IMG/VR virus record: IMGVR_UViG_3300025098_000014 | Length of the DNA: 64,000 nt | Reading direction: 5' to 3' (one strand) | Source: a virus | Shown here: piece after piece, positions 48,036 to 60,100 of the stretch | How the letters are laid out: each line of letters starts with the position of its first letter | How positions within the stretch are numbered: the stretch's first letter is position 1 | The notes under the pieces: generated by a model | The model's database searches: none | Told to the model about the DNA's origin: nothing | Seen by the model: only the letters and a program-made list of their open reading frames with translations | Position numbers and translations under genes: made by a program

Positions 48036-48329
48036 TTAATAAATTTCTTCCTCTGCCTCTGCTTTGACTACACAATCAGAAGTGGGATATGACACGCATA
48101 AAAGTGCAAATCCTGCCTCCATTTGATCATCATCTAGAAAAGATTGTTCTTCTTGATTGACTGTACCTTCTAGAATTTTTCCCGCACATGAAGAACAGGC
48201 ACCAGCACGACAAGAGTAAGGAAGATCAACACCTGCTTCCTCAGCAGCGTCTAAAATATAATCATCAGGAGAACATTCAAAAGAAGATTCTGTGCCGTCT
48301 GAAAGTTTAACTTTGATTGAATAAGTCAT
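48036..48329 (-). CDS. petF: [2Fe-2S] ferredoxin
   Basis: [15 protein letters not shown]...QSFLDDDQ...LLCVSYP. Confidence 0.97.
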   Translation of the reverse strand: MTYSIKVKLSDGTESSFECSPDDYILDAAEEAGVDLPYSCRAGACSSCAGKILEGTVNQEEQSFLDDDQMEAGFALLCVSYPTSDCVVKAEAEEEIY

Positions 48330-48653
48330 TTAGTTTACATGAATTGTGCCAGTCATCCCTGCGCCCTGGTGAGGTCCACAGAAGAAATTATAGTCCCCTT
48401 TGTCTGCAAATACAACATCCTGTGTTTCTCCAGGAGCAAACAGTAATGCTTCTCTGGAAAGATCTGCACGACCTTCTACAATAATATTGTGAGGAGGTAG
48501 TGCTTCATTGACAAAATGAACTGTATCACCTGCAGAGATTGTAATCTCATTCGGTTCAAATACTAGGTTGCCATCATGACCCATTGAGACATCTACTGCC
48601 CATGCAGGCGCAGCAAAAAAGAGTGTAGCTAGTAGTGCAAAAAATAGCTTCAT
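48330..48653 (-). CDS. petE: Plastocyanin
   Basis: Signal peptide ending AWA; PHN; CGPHQGAGM copper ligands. Confidence 0.96.
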   Translation of the reverse strand: MKLFFALLATLFFAAPAWAVDVSMGHDGNLVFEPNEITISAGDTVHFVNEALPPHNIIVEGRADLSREALLFAPGETQDVVFADKGDYNFFCGPHQGAGMTGTIHVN

Positions 48654-48717
48654 TGAGTGTTTGCAACTATACTATCTAGTACTCTTTTTATACCTTCCTT
48701 CAAAAAATATCAGCGTT

Positions 48718-49053
48718 TCAGAACTCAAATCCCATATCATTTCCTAAGTCTCTCATTTTTTCCATTGACTCTTTTTTCTCTTTCATTGCACCGTCAATAT
48801 ACCCCATCCGATACTCCCAAGTTTGTCCACCCTCCTTACCTTTTAAAGGATTGATGCACTGCTCATTGCCCAATTTGTTGCAAACAAGACCAGCAAGGTC
48901 AAGCTCACTAGAAACAGATGAACCGCCAGTGCCACGCCAGACATGTTGTCCATTTATCCAAGTTGCTCCACACTTTTCACATTCTTTACGCTCTAGTTTA
49001 AAATCTGAAAATTCCTTGTCAGACATAATTACTCTTAAATCGGACATCATCAC
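48718..49053 (-). CDS. Hypothetical Cys-containing protein
   Basis: CEKCGATWINGQHVW, LDLAGLVCN, CINP; start uncertain. Confidence 0.78.
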   Translation of the reverse strand: MMMSDLRVIMSDKEFSDFKLERKECEKCGATWINGQHVWRGTGGSSVSSELDLAGLVCNKLGNEQCINPLKGKEGGQTWEYRMGYIDGAMKEKKESMEKMRDLGNDMGFEF

Positions 49054-49092
49054 TCCTGTAGGATATCCTACAGATATATTATGACATATTTA

Positions 49093-49983
49093 TCAGCACT
49101 TCCACTTTCTTAATGCTAGAGCTTTACGGGTAGGTTCACCGTTAGGTTTTTTCATTGCACCTTTCATACCACCCATACGAGCACAGAAGGATCTTTTTCT
49201 AGGACCACCTTCAGGTTGAGGTGCTTTGAGATCACTGCCAGGATTCTCACGCTCATAAGACTTACGGCCCTTTTCATTCAGACCACCTTTTTTATTCTTA
49301 CCTTCACTGCGTTGCCATGCAGCAGACTTCTCTTCAATAGTCTCACCTTCAGGATCAAAAGATTGATTGAGCATTTGATTAGTCATCCTATCAATCCTCA
49401 TCTTTCTATCACCAAGTTTACCAGCAAGTCCTTGATTACCAGTGGGACCCTTAACTTGTTTCTTAGCAAGTGGATTTTTAATATCTAGATTAGGATGACC
49501 AATATATCCGTCTCCAGGTTTGCCGCCAACAAATTCATTAACAACACTCTCTTTTACCTTCTGAGAGACATTCTTAATAGCAAATGCATCCCAATAATCA
49601 GGACCATAAGCACACTCTTCTCTGACTTCCATCTTCTCACACTTAGGACAGAATCTCATATCTGTCTCCTCAATCAACTCACCTTGCGGTTGATATCCAG
49701 CCATTTGTGTGGATGGTTTCTTTTGAGCTAGAGGAGGAAGTTGTGCTCCAGATTTCTTTAAGAAAGCATCCTTCTCATTAGGATTAGTTGTACTTTTCCC
49801 TTTATTATAAATCTTACTACCTCTCATAGCACCTTTGTGCCCTGGTCCAATAGTAAAACTTCCCTCTGTAATTTTTACAGAGGAATCGTCAACTTTAGGG
49901 GCATCACAGTCTCCTGTAGTGAGAGGCTTTTTTTTCCTCCCTTCTGCTAGGAAGTTAGAAATATCTGAATATGATAGTGCCAT
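49093..49983 (-). CDS. Modular basic protein with DUF6321-like C-terminal domain
   Basis: C-terminal AWQRSEGKNKKGGLN...SFCARM...ALRKWKC; internal CPKC module; two PxGExIEE motifs. Confidence 0.75.
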   Translation of the reverse strand: MALSYSDISNFLAEGRKKKPLTTGDCDAPKVDDSSVKITEGSFTIGPGHKGAMRGSKIYNKGKSTTNPNEKDAFLKKSGAQLPPLAQKKPSTQMAGYQPQGELIEETDMRFCPKCEKMEVREECAYGPDYWDAFAIKNVSQKVKESVVNEFVGGKPGDGYIGHPNLDIKNPLAKKQVKGPTGNQGLAGKLGDRKMRIDRMTNQMLNQSFDPEGETIEEKSAAWQRSEGKNKKGGLNEKGRKSYERENPGSDLKAPQPEGGPRKRSFCARMGGMKGAMKKPNGEPTRKALALRKWKC

Positions 49984-50029
49984 ACCTAAAAGTTTAGAAC
50001 CTTATCTAACTATTTATTTAGTACTAGGA

Positions 50030-50467
50030 TTATACAGTTGGTTTTACAGGTGGTTCACTATCTTTTGTAGTAAACTGAATTGGTGCCTGCTCAATACGAA
50101 TAGTTTGTGAGGGTGCAGTTTGTGCTGCTTTCTCAATCAATCTTTCCATCTGTTCTTTGGTGATACCACCACCACCATTACCACCACCTTCTCCTGCTTT
50201 CTTTGCTGCCTGAACACCAAAAGTAGCTAAAACTCCGGTGAAGACGCTGGCTATAAAAGTGGGATCTAGTTTTTGTTCAGGAATTCCAAGTGCTGGTGGA
50301 AGTTTGATGTATGCCAGCGTGAGTATTCCGCCAGACCAAACAAGGATGCCGAGCCTAACAAAAGTAGACAGAATAGCAAGCTGTTCTTCTTTGTCATCTG
50401 CTGCCTCTTTAATTTTACCTAAGAGACCTTTCTTTTTAGGTTCTTCTTTTTTGACTTCTTCTGGCAT
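50030..50467 (-). CDS. Hypothetical membrane protein
   Basis: Two hydrophobic segments; DPTFIASVFTGVLATFGV. Confidence 0.8.
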   Translation of the reverse strand: MPEEVKKEEPKKKGLLGKIKEAADDKEEQLAILSTFVRLGILVWSGGILTLAYIKLPPALGIPEQKLDPTFIASVFTGVLATFGVQAAKKAGEGGGNGGGGITKEQMERLIEKAAQTAPSQTIRIEQAPIQFTTKDSEPPVKPTV

Positions 50468-50491
50468 TGAAAGGAAGCATGGCTCTTCTAT

Positions 50492-50695
50492 TTATTTTTC
50501 AGAAAAGTTATATTCCATTAGCATAGCAAAATACTTATCTTTCATATCCATAAGAAATTGTTGCTCTTCTACTGGTCTTGCAGGAGACCCAGGCCACATC
50601 TTTAATGAATACTGTAAGTGAGAATACATGAACCGTATTTCATCGATCCCGATATTGACACTGCAGTACCACTCTTCAGGATCTAACCCGTTCAT
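50492..50695 (-). CDS. Small hypothetical protein
   Basis: 67 aa, WPGSPARP; coupled to g16. Confidence 0.75.
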   Translation of the reverse strand: MNGLDPEEWYCSVNIGIDEIRFMYSHLQYSLKMWPGSPARPVEEQQFLMDMKDKYFAMLMEYNFSEK

Positions 50696-51096
50696 TTTTT
50701 CTTATTCATTTCTTTCAGCATTTTTTGTAACTCTGCAGTACTACCAACAAACATAGCGTTGTTTGTTACACTTGAAGGACCTTTTACTTCTTCCTTGACA
50801 TCCTTAATATCTTTTTGCAGCTTCATTAATTTGTCAGTATTATCGGCAACATTCTTGAGTAACTGACCAGCAACTTCATATGCTCTAGGAGATTGTGTTT
50901 CCTCAGCAAGTTCCATCACACCATTCAATACTTCCTGACCCTTTTCAATCAAAGAATATAAATTAGCCCTGGTATAACTATAATCTTTATCAATATCATT
51001 CTGAGTTAAATGTTCCGGTTTTGGTTTTTTAATCGGAGTAACATCAATAGTTTCACTAGATGTATTTAAAGATTCGTCTATTTTTTTGAAATCCAT
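50692..51096 (-). CDS. g16: Terminase small subunit gp16
   Basis: DY.YTRANL, SPRAYEVAGQL, NNAMFVGST. Confidence 0.93.
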   Translation of the reverse strand: MDFKKIDESLNTSSETIDVTPIKKPKPEHLTQNDIDKDYSYTRANLYSLIEKGQEVLNGVMELAEETQSPRAYEVAGQLLKNVADNTDKLMKLQKDIKDVKEEVKGPSSVTNNAMFVGSTAELQKMLKEMNKKK

Positions 51097-51896
51097 TATA
51101 CATCCTCTTGTCTGGTGGGACTATAATTTTTACCGTCATCAAAATAAGTACTAGTTTCATTAAACCCGAAATCATCTCCAGGTTCTGCAGTAATTGGATC
51201 TGGTTCAACAGTATATCTCATTTCACGCTTAGCCGTTTGTCTATTAGTATCAGAATAGTAATCAACTTGTACCTTCCGAATCAGTCCATCAGTACTCTCA
51301 GCAATAGGACCGAAGAGATATGTCTTAGCGACAAAATTTAGAGTATATGTCAAGACTCTTCGCGAAGAGAAATCTCCCTCATATTCGTCTGAAAATGAAA
51401 TATTTTCTAATACAATTGGAATATCTCTTTTTTCTCCAATTGAATTTATTAAATCTACCGTAATATTAAATGATGGTTGAAAGAATGGTAAAATTTGTTC
51501 TACAATTTGTAAAGCATCATCATTTAATTTTGTCATAATATTAAGTTCAAATCCAACATTATACGGAACTGGTAGAAATACTTTCTTTACCCTATCTTTA
51601 TCGTCAACTGCTTTAAATGTTTTTGTTACTGAAGTTTTTCTTGTCGGATCATAAGCTAGACTAGTCATCTCAAAAGACATTCTTGGAAGAGTGATAGCAG
51701 TAGCCTTTGCTAACTCTTGCTGCTGTTCTATTTTTGCTAGAAATTTAGACCTAGGTCCATATGCTAATGGAACTTTAATATCACTAATAGTTTTCCCACT
51801 CTTATCTTCTTTTTGGATATGTACTTCATTGAATAGAGTTCCAAACGAAATCACCGTTTTGCGAAGGATCTCGTGATAAAAATAAGTGCCTAACAT
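51096..51896 (-). CDS. g15: Tail sheath stabiliser gp15
   Basis: FGTLFN, VPLAYGP, LPRMSFE, QIVEQILPFF. Confidence 0.95.
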   Translation of the reverse strand: MLGTYFYHEILRKTVISFGTLFNEVHIQKEDKSGKTISDIKVPLAYGPRSKFLAKIEQQQELAKATAITLPRMSFEMTSLAYDPTRKTSVTKTFKAVDDKDRVKKVFLPVPYNVGFELNIMTKLNDDALQIVEQILPFFQPSFNITVDLINSIGEKRDIPIVLENISFSDEYEGDFSSRRVLTYTLNFVAKTYLFGPIAESTDGLIRKVQVDYYSDTNRQTAKREMRYTVEPDPITAEPGDDFGFNETSTYFDDGKNYSPTRQEDV

Positions 51897-53326
51897 CAGA
51901 AAGTACCAAACGGATTAATTTCAGTGAAATCTAGGATACCTTCTGCCTCAACTTCAAACTCATCATTGAAAGTGGATTTGGTTGTCGTGTCAATTCCACT
52001 ATGACTTAGAACTTGATACCTGGCTGAAGATGCTGTTCCTGTAATGAATTCACCAGGATAGAATATGCCATTATTTATTGAGATTTCTAACTTTCTATCA
52101 TTCTCATTAAATTCTCTCACATATCCTTCAGTCCCAGACAGGGATCCAACCACTCTTTCGTTGAAGAAGAATGTACCAATTCCAAGAGAAAGTGGGTCTC
52201 CGATTGTAACAATAGGTGCTTCCTCATAACCAGAACCAGCGTTAGTCAAGAATATTCTACTAATACTATCTCCATCAAGAAAAGAAATTGCAGTTGCTTG
52301 TACTTGACCTGCTTTTACACCGACTGTAGCACCTGATGTACCAATGCCAACATCAGAGGGGTGTTGAATTGTAATAATTGGAGCAGTTACATAATTTGTA
52401 CCAAGATCTGTAATTCTAATTGATGTGATACCACTGTTTGTAAGAGATGCTGTTGCAGCTGCACCTACACCAGGACCACCAAATGTAAATGCTGGTGCCT
52501 CTGTATATGCAAATCCAGGGTTTTGTAGGACTACTTGATCAACAGAATACAAACCTGATCTTTCTGTGGTAAATGCGAATGCACCTGCCCTAGAGGAAGT
52601 AACACCAGCAGGAGAGGGCTCGATACTAACAGTGGGTGTGGAAGTATAACCATATCCATCATCATTTAAGAAAATTTGTTGTAATGCACCTTGGCTGGCA
52701 AATGAGTCAACGGTAGCACTAGCTGTGGATCCAATACCTGCAAGAATAACTGTTGTTGTTTCTCCTTCTTGCATCACTCTTTCATCAACACTAATAACTC
52801 CAGTATCGACATAATCATCTTCGTAGCGATAAAGTTCGCATTGAAGTTCGTAAATATAATTTTTACCTAACTGATAAAATGGATTCTCAAACTCTACATG
52901 CTTAATTTCAAATAACCTTTCACCTAATGGAAAAAATATTAAATCTCCTTCTTTAGGTCTTTCTCCAAAAACAATATCACTACCAGCGTTTTTTGCGTTG
53001 TGGGTTACTACAAAGGGAGCAATAAAATCTTCATACCTCTCCCTAGAAATCGTTAGCGTAATTTCATTCTGCAGATTGATACCAAATTTTGTCATGATAT
53101 CACTGCCCTTAGCATATCCCTCATAGTTATTGAGGTAAGCTTCTAAAATATATGCATCATTAAACTTTGACGATTGTACTTCTCCAAGCACATCGTCAGT
53201 GACAATCATTTTTCTAGGAATATAATAACAATCAAGTCCGAACATTTTTAGATGTTCGTCTATTAACTCCTGAATGAGATTTTGCTCGTTAGGAGATCCT
53301 TGAAGAAAGAAGGGATTTAACGCCAT
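51896..53326 (-). CDS. g14: Neck protein gp14 with internal insertion
   Basis: YYIPR, RPKEGDLI, FYQLGK, C-terminal DFTEINPFG. Confidence 0.92.
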   Translation of the reverse strand: MALNPFFLQGSPNEQNLIQELIDEHLKMFGLDCYYIPRKMIVTDDVLGEVQSSKFNDAYILEAYLNNYEGYAKGSDIMTKFGINLQNEITLTISRERYEDFIAPFVVTHNAKNAGSDIVFGERPKEGDLIFFPLGERLFEIKHVEFENPFYQLGKNYIYELQCELYRYEDDYVDTGVISVDERVMQEGETTTVILAGIGSTASATVDSFASQGALQQIFLNDDGYGYTSTPTVSIEPSPAGVTSSRAGAFAFTTERSGLYSVDQVVLQNPGFAYTEAPAFTFGGPGVGAAATASLTNSGITSIRITDLGTNYVTAPIITIQHPSDVGIGTSGATVGVKAGQVQATAISFLDGDSISRIFLTNAGSGYEEAPIVTIGDPLSLGIGTFFFNERVVGSLSGTEGYVREFNENDRKLEISINNGIFYPGEFITGTASSARYQVLSHSGIDTTTKSTFNDEFEVEAEGILDFTEINPFGTF

Positions 53327-54147
53327 TATCCAATAAGATCAAGAGGTGGGACTTCATATGTGGAGAGCATCCTATCTTCGATGCGTTGTAATTCCATTAC
53401 ACCATCCTCATAAATTTGTCTGCCATTCAGTTCAGTGCCTCCTGGAAGTTTAACTCCTTGAAACTTGATGAGGTTTTGACCCCACTGTTTTTTAACAAGA
53501 GATGTAAAATACTTTTTAAGGAAAGAATCATTATAAACACCTGCATAATTTGCAGGATCCATAATTCTTTGGCAATCAATAATTATGTATGTTCCTTCCG
53601 TTACAGATCCCCAATCGACATCGAGATACAAACGATTATTTCTCTTATTATATCTAATCTGTTTATTTGTTGTCATTAAGAAATCAATATCTTCAAGATA
53701 TGTTTTAGTCATCGCATAACTGAGAAGACCACTATATCCAAGATTGAAAGCTACATCATTTAAAAACAACTGATATTTGAAACTAAACATGTTGTTGGAG
53801 ATGAAGCTAGAATCAAACAAAAGTACTTTCTCAATTCCAATAACTGAATCTGGGACAGTCAGATAATTTGTATTCTCCTCAAAGTCTCCAGATGTTGTAG
53901 TAGAAGTAGTGATACCAAGAGATTCGCTAGCACCCCTTGCTCGGCCTCTTTTGATGTCATCTGCTGTGACCTTATACTTGAGATAAACTCTTTCTACGCC
54001 ATCAAAATGACGCTCTTGAAATAATTGAAGAGCGTCATCTAAATTATCATCTACCTGCTCATCAGCTACATTTATTTCTAAGACAGGATACCCAAGTTGT
54101 CTAAGAGCATAATCCTTGAGTTCCTGTCTAGTAGTTGGTTTTGCCAT
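53326..54147 (-). CDS. g13: Neck protein gp13
   Basis: LRQLGYPVLEINV, KKQWGQNLIKF, LPGG..LNG. Confidence 0.95.
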   Translation of the reverse strand: MAKPTTRQELKDYALRQLGYPVLEINVADEQVDDNLDDALQLFQERHFDGVERVYLKYKVTADDIKRGRARGASESLGITTSTTTSGDFEENTNYLTVPDSVIGIEKVLLFDSSFISNNMFSFKYQLFLNDVAFNLGYSGLLSYAMTKTYLEDIDFLMTTNKQIRYNKRNNRLYLDVDWGSVTEGTYIIIDCQRIMDPANYAGVYNDSFLKKYFTSLVKKQWGQNLIKFQGVKLPGGTELNGRQIYEDGVMELQRIEDRMLSTYEVPPLDLIG

Positions 54148-57100
54148 CAGAATGTACCTCCATCAATGCTATTGGACCAAATTGGAATGTTGTTTTCATC
54201 CGTGGTTAGCATGTAATTGGAGGTTGTCAAGAACCCTACAGTACTAAGACCGCTAACCAATCTTCCATCTGCTTCAAAGAATGCGACACCGTTAGGTCCG
54301 CTATATCCAATACCAGTTAATCCACCTTGATCTGATCTGTAATATAGACCGTCACGGAATGTACCGTAACCGATTATGCTCAGATTGTCTTGGACAGTTA
54401 CCTGACCAGCAGCAGAATCGAGAACAAGTTCTCCACTGTTAGTATTTATTTTTGTTGATGAAGAACCAGCGCCAATTGTAATGTCTGCGACTGTAGAAAC
54501 TCCAGTAACTCTGAAGTTGTTAGTGGTGAGAATACCAGAGACATTAATGTTGATTGCTTCAACACCAGCAGAACTGGTTACAATTCCTGTAAGAATTGTT
54601 CCTTGATCTACAGTCAGAGTGGAGTGGATATTTGCATCAGTAGCAACATCGATTGTTCCAGTCTGAGTTACGCCACGAACGCTAGCACCAATTGCTAGTG
54701 TCTCAAGTTTAATACCATTATTGTAGTGTAGGGTAACACGACCATCAGCAGTAAAGTTAGCGAGAGTTTCGCCAGTATACTTCTGAAGTTCTATTTGGTT
54801 AGAACGGATTGCAAGTGTGCCAGTTCCTGAATCATCAATGTATGAGTTGTTACCATCATGATAGATGGAGAGATCATCATCATCACCGAAGTGTAATTTG
54901 ACATCATCCTTAAAGGATGCAATACCAGTGAATACTGCGTTTGTAACAGCGATACCAGTAAGTTTGGCATCAAATGCATCAAGAGATTCAGTATCAATTG
55001 TGGTAATCGTTGCAGCAGTACCGACAGTATCTGTTACAGCAAGACCAGTAATGTTGACATCTTTAGCATCTAATGTCTCAATGTCAACCGTAGTGATGGT
55101 TGCGTAAGTACCGACCAGTGAAGTTACAACACCTGCAGTAATCTTTGCGTCAACTGCGTCAATGCTGAGATTGAAATCAACTCTTTCAGCAAATGTAGAT
55201 ACGCCAGTTACATCAAGTCTTTCAAACTTAGCGGTGTCTAGGACATCTAATCTTTGTCTAGGTGCGGCAGTGCCGATACCCAACTTCTGATTAGCGTCTA
55301 GACGCATACCCTCAACATTATCAGTATTGAATCTGATAGTGCCGTTAGCGCCAGAATCATCCAGAGCGATAGAAGTATCGTTCTTCTGGAAGGAGTCAAG
55401 TTGGATAGTTGTCGCAGTTAAGATACCCAGGACATTGACATCACCAGTGATGTTGATATCACCAGCACCAGCAGGGTCAATGTTGATATCACCTGAGGTA
55501 GATTCAATGTTGTTTCCAGAGATCTGGATGTTACCGAATGTACCGCTTGTAGGAGTAACAGTGCTGCTGTTAGTTCCGTCAGTAATTTGGAGAGAAGAAA
55601 GTGCTTGGAGGCTGGTTACCTGCTGTGAGAACGATACAGTGCCGTTTTCTTGATCAACGAAGAATGCGTCACCAACTCTGAAGTCGCCTCTTTGATCAAT
55701 ACTTACGAAAGATACATCACCGTTGTTCAGTTCAGTGACTTCGTTCGCCTGAATTGCCAGGTTAGGATCGTTTGTGAAGTCGCCACCAGAACCAACATGG
55801 TTGAAGTTCAGGGCAAACATTCTCAGACTTACGCCATCACCATCAGCGATGACACCCTTCTGACCATATTCAACAGCACATCCGACCGAACGCATGTCCG
55901 CACCGAACTCGCTGTAGTCAGCAAGGATAACCTTAGTTGCAGTTCCGATACCGCCACCCGATTGAGTGATGCGGATATCTTGATTGCGGATTACATTGTC
56001 AGTAGTTGTGGTTACTCCACTTGCACCATTAAAGTCTAGTAAGAGAACAGTGTCCTTATCGCCAGTATGTGCAGCAGTAGGAGCAGTAAAGTTAGCGGTG
56101 TACTTGGCAACTCCTCTTTCAATTCTGAAGTCGTCAATCCAACCAGTGACATTTTGACTTGCGCCATCAAAATCAGCACCAATTACAATACCTTTAGACG
56201 CACCGTAGTCAGTTGTATCTGAGGTCTTGATGCCCCTCTGAGTACCGTCAACGAACAATCTAGTGTCTGTGCCGTCTCTAGCAAGTGCATAGTGCTTCCA
56301 GACGCCTGTAGCGATGCCTGCGCCAGATCCAGTGATAGCGGTGGTAGTACCAACCCGCATGTCAACTTCACCAGCAGCCCGATATGCAATACTAATACCT
56401 TCAGCATCAGTGCCGTTATCTCTCAAGTCAAAGAGAGTTGCACTAGTTAAACCAGTTGTATTTGCGTATGCCCAAAATTCAATCGTGAAGTCTATATTAG
56501 TGCCAAAGCCAATATCACCACTAGAAGGAACGCTGATAGAATCATTAGTTCCGTCAAGTGCTAGTGATGCACTACCAAACTTCTTGACAGTTGTGTCTAA
56601 TTGAGCATCATCGTTAAATGTAACTGCCTTAGCAGTTCTAGCATTCAGAAGTTCAAACCCAGTTTGCTTACCAGTTACACCTATGTAAGTGCCATCATAA
56701 GAAGCAACAACAGCAGTCGCAACGCCAGTAGTTCCGTCAGTATCAAAGACTGTAATCGTGTTACCAACACCAACAGTAGTGATACCAGTCAGTCTTAATC
56801 TTGTCTCACCAGCAGAACTAATACCAAGAGATCCAGAAGTACCCTTAATTGCTTCAGCAGCAAAGTAAGAGAAACAGTTCAGGTACTCAGTGCGAGCACC
56901 GTTGGTCATAATCAGACCTTTACTGTTCGGTACAATGAAAGTAACTTCATTGAACAGGAACGCAGCCTCAAGAGATCCTGATGCTACTTCAGAACCGTCG
57001 ATGTATGCACCACCACCAGCGATGTAGGAGGAAGGTGCAGAATCAGCAGATCCATAACCGTATGGATCACTAGCAGAAGTATTGCTACCTTTGTTGAATA

Positions 57101-60100
57101 CGGTTACGCGCTGAACATAAGGAGATCTGCTTGTGATCGCGATACCAGGAGCATACTTAAACGCATAACCCTGATTGCCAGCAGTATCGAAATACATGTT
57201 AGCAATCGTGACATCCTCAACAACAGATCTGTCGTTCATCAAGAAGCAGTCCTTCTGCTTAGTAGCAACGGTAGGACAAATCTTGGTAGCACGGAGACCA
57301 GCACCCTTAACCGTTAATCCGGCAGGAACAATAAGTGGGAAGACTTCTTCATACTCACCAGCGGCGATATTCAATATATCGTTTACGCCGATATTGGAGA
57401 TCTGAGACAGAGCGTATGCAATCGTTCTGTATGGTCTCTCTGGTGTTCTACCGCGAGATGCATCACCATCATCAACACCGTTGGTTGATACGAACCATGT
57501 GTCCAACTTAGCATTGATTGTGGCAATACCAATCTGTGCAGGTTCGCGCCAGGTGATTGTGCCATCTGGATTAGTACTCAGCATGTGCTGAGTGTTCAGA
57601 CCAACAACACCAGTGGAGTCATACAGTGAGGTAATGAAACCAGCTTGCACGAATGCAGAGGTTGCAATACCAACTGAGACAGTTGCATTCAGAATGTCTG
57701 CAACTTCAAAGTCAACCGTAGTGATGGTTGCTGCAGTACCAACAATGTCAGTAACTGCTAATCCAGTAATATTTGTTTGCTTCGCATCTAGGGTCTCAAT
57801 ATCGACCGTGGTGATCGTAGCGTAGGTGCCAACCAGCGAGGTTACAACACCAGCAGTGATCTTAGCGTTAACGATATCGCCTTCTGTGGCATCAATCGTC
57901 GTGATAGTAGCAGCAGTACCGACAATATCGGTGACTGCCAATCCAGTAATATTTGTCTGTCTTGCATCGAGTACATCGATATCAGCAGTTGTGATTGTCG
58001 CATATGTACCGACTGTAGAATCAACAATCAGGTCATCAACACGAGCAACGCCATCGATATAAATGTCTTTCCACTCTTTAGTGGCACTGCCAAGATCAAA
58101 GGTGTCATCATCGTCAGGAACGATGTCAGAGTCAACTTCACCAGTAAAGACGATGTTGTCTGTAGTAGAGTCACCAAGACCGATCGTGCCACCATTGAAG
58201 GTTACATTACCAGTAAAGGTTGTAGCTCCACCAACTCTGAGGTCACCAGTAATCTCAACATCGCCAATGGTGGCAGCAGTGCCAACCAAACTTGTGATGA
58301 TACCAGCAGTAATCTTAGCATTAACAATATCACCTTCTGTTGCATCAATCGTTGTGATTGTTGCAGCGGTGCCGACAATATCAGTGACGGCAAGACCAGT
58401 GATGTTTACATCCTTGGCATCAAGAGTTTCAATGTCAACTGTCGTGATAGTTGCATAAGTACCAACCTGACTAGTAATAATACCAGCAGTGATCTTAGCA
58501 TCGAGGATGTCAGCAGCATCAAGATGTGCTGTACCATCAATATAAATGTCCTTCCACTCTCTATCAGTAGTACCAATATCCAGAGTACCATCGGCACTAG
58601 GAATAAACTTGAGGTTAGATTCCCAACCCTCTCTTGCCTGATCGTATATGAATTCTTTGTCAGTTGATCCCTTAAGGATGATACCGCCGTTATCGGCTGT
58701 AGCATCAGCATGTCCACCAGTAGAACTGAATCCAAGTTCAATGTTCTTATCGGTAATCTGAACAACCGTACTCTGAACAAAACTTGTAGTTCCGTTGACT
58801 GTCAGATCACCAACAACAGTAAGAGCTCCACCAACACGAACATCGTCTTGGAAGTTAGCATCTTGGAAGGTTACATATGTACCTGTCAGTGAGGTGATGA
58901 TGCCTGTAGTAATCTTAGCGTCAAGTGCATCAAGATTAGCAAAATCACCAACGGTATATGTTAGACCATAACCAACAATAGATGTTACAACACCAGCAAC
59001 AGTTTTGAGGGTGTTGATATCACCTTCATTAGAATCGAAGGTTGTGATCGTGGCATAGGTGCCAACCAGGGAGGTTACGACACCAGCGGTAATCTTCGCA
59101 TTGACAATATCGCCTTCGGTAGCATCAATCGTCGTAATAGTAGCAGCAGTACCGACGATATCAGTAATGATACCTGCAGTGATCTTAGCTGCCTCAATGT
59201 CTGCATTTACGAAATCTACATTCGTAATAGTTGCTGCAGTACCAACAGTGTCAGTAATAATACCTGACTGAATCTTAGCATTGGTAATTGCAAAGTCAGT
59301 TGCTAAACCAGCAGTGACCTTGATATCCTCAACACCAATATCATTAGCATCAATTTGTGGAACAGATGTTACGCCAGCGATTACTGTGTTACCAGTGCCT
59401 TTGTCAACAATTACTACACCACCAACATCCAGCAACCCGAAGGGTCGTGTGGTTCCGATGCCGACATAACCAAGTTGGTTACCGTCGATCCAATTGATTG
59501 TAGAATTACCAATCGCAAGCTGATTGTCACTATCTCCGATAGCAACATTTCGCTCATAACCGATAATTACATTACCACTACCAAGAGTATCGTTACCAGC
59601 AGAGTAACCAATAGCAATGTTTCTGCTACCGTCTACACTGAATAATGTATATGGACCAATCGCAATGTTTTGTTTCTGCTGTCTAGTTCCTGTACCACCA
59701 CCCAGGAAGCGACCATCCTTGCTGGTTACGCTACCTGTGAGAGTCTGGAAACCAAACGGCATGGTGAATGTATCACCAACTTCGTAACCATCGCCAGGGG
59801 CCACGATTTCGATGTTAGTAATCAGACCAGTAGAACCAGTCTGCAATCTAACTAAAAGTCCAACACCAGATCCACTGGTTTCTGTTACATCTTCAGTCTG
59901 ATCATAATCTGCAACAGCAGTTTGATCGCCAATACTTACGCTGAGAGATACCCCATCAACAACAGGGAAAGTCTCACCATACATCGACTGGTTACCCAGA
60001 GCAATGTTCTCATCGTTGCCGGGAGAAGATAAGGCAAAACCTACCTTATCACCAATCATCAGGTTCTTAGTACCTTGCAGTCTATAACCTGCAAAGTTAC

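Noticed and set aside
57680-59340. Repeats considered as a CRISPR array or DGR template/variable pair
   Set aside because: They are in-frame coding repeats differing at synonymous sites, with no spacers, no adenine-specific pattern and no reverse transcriptase in the window
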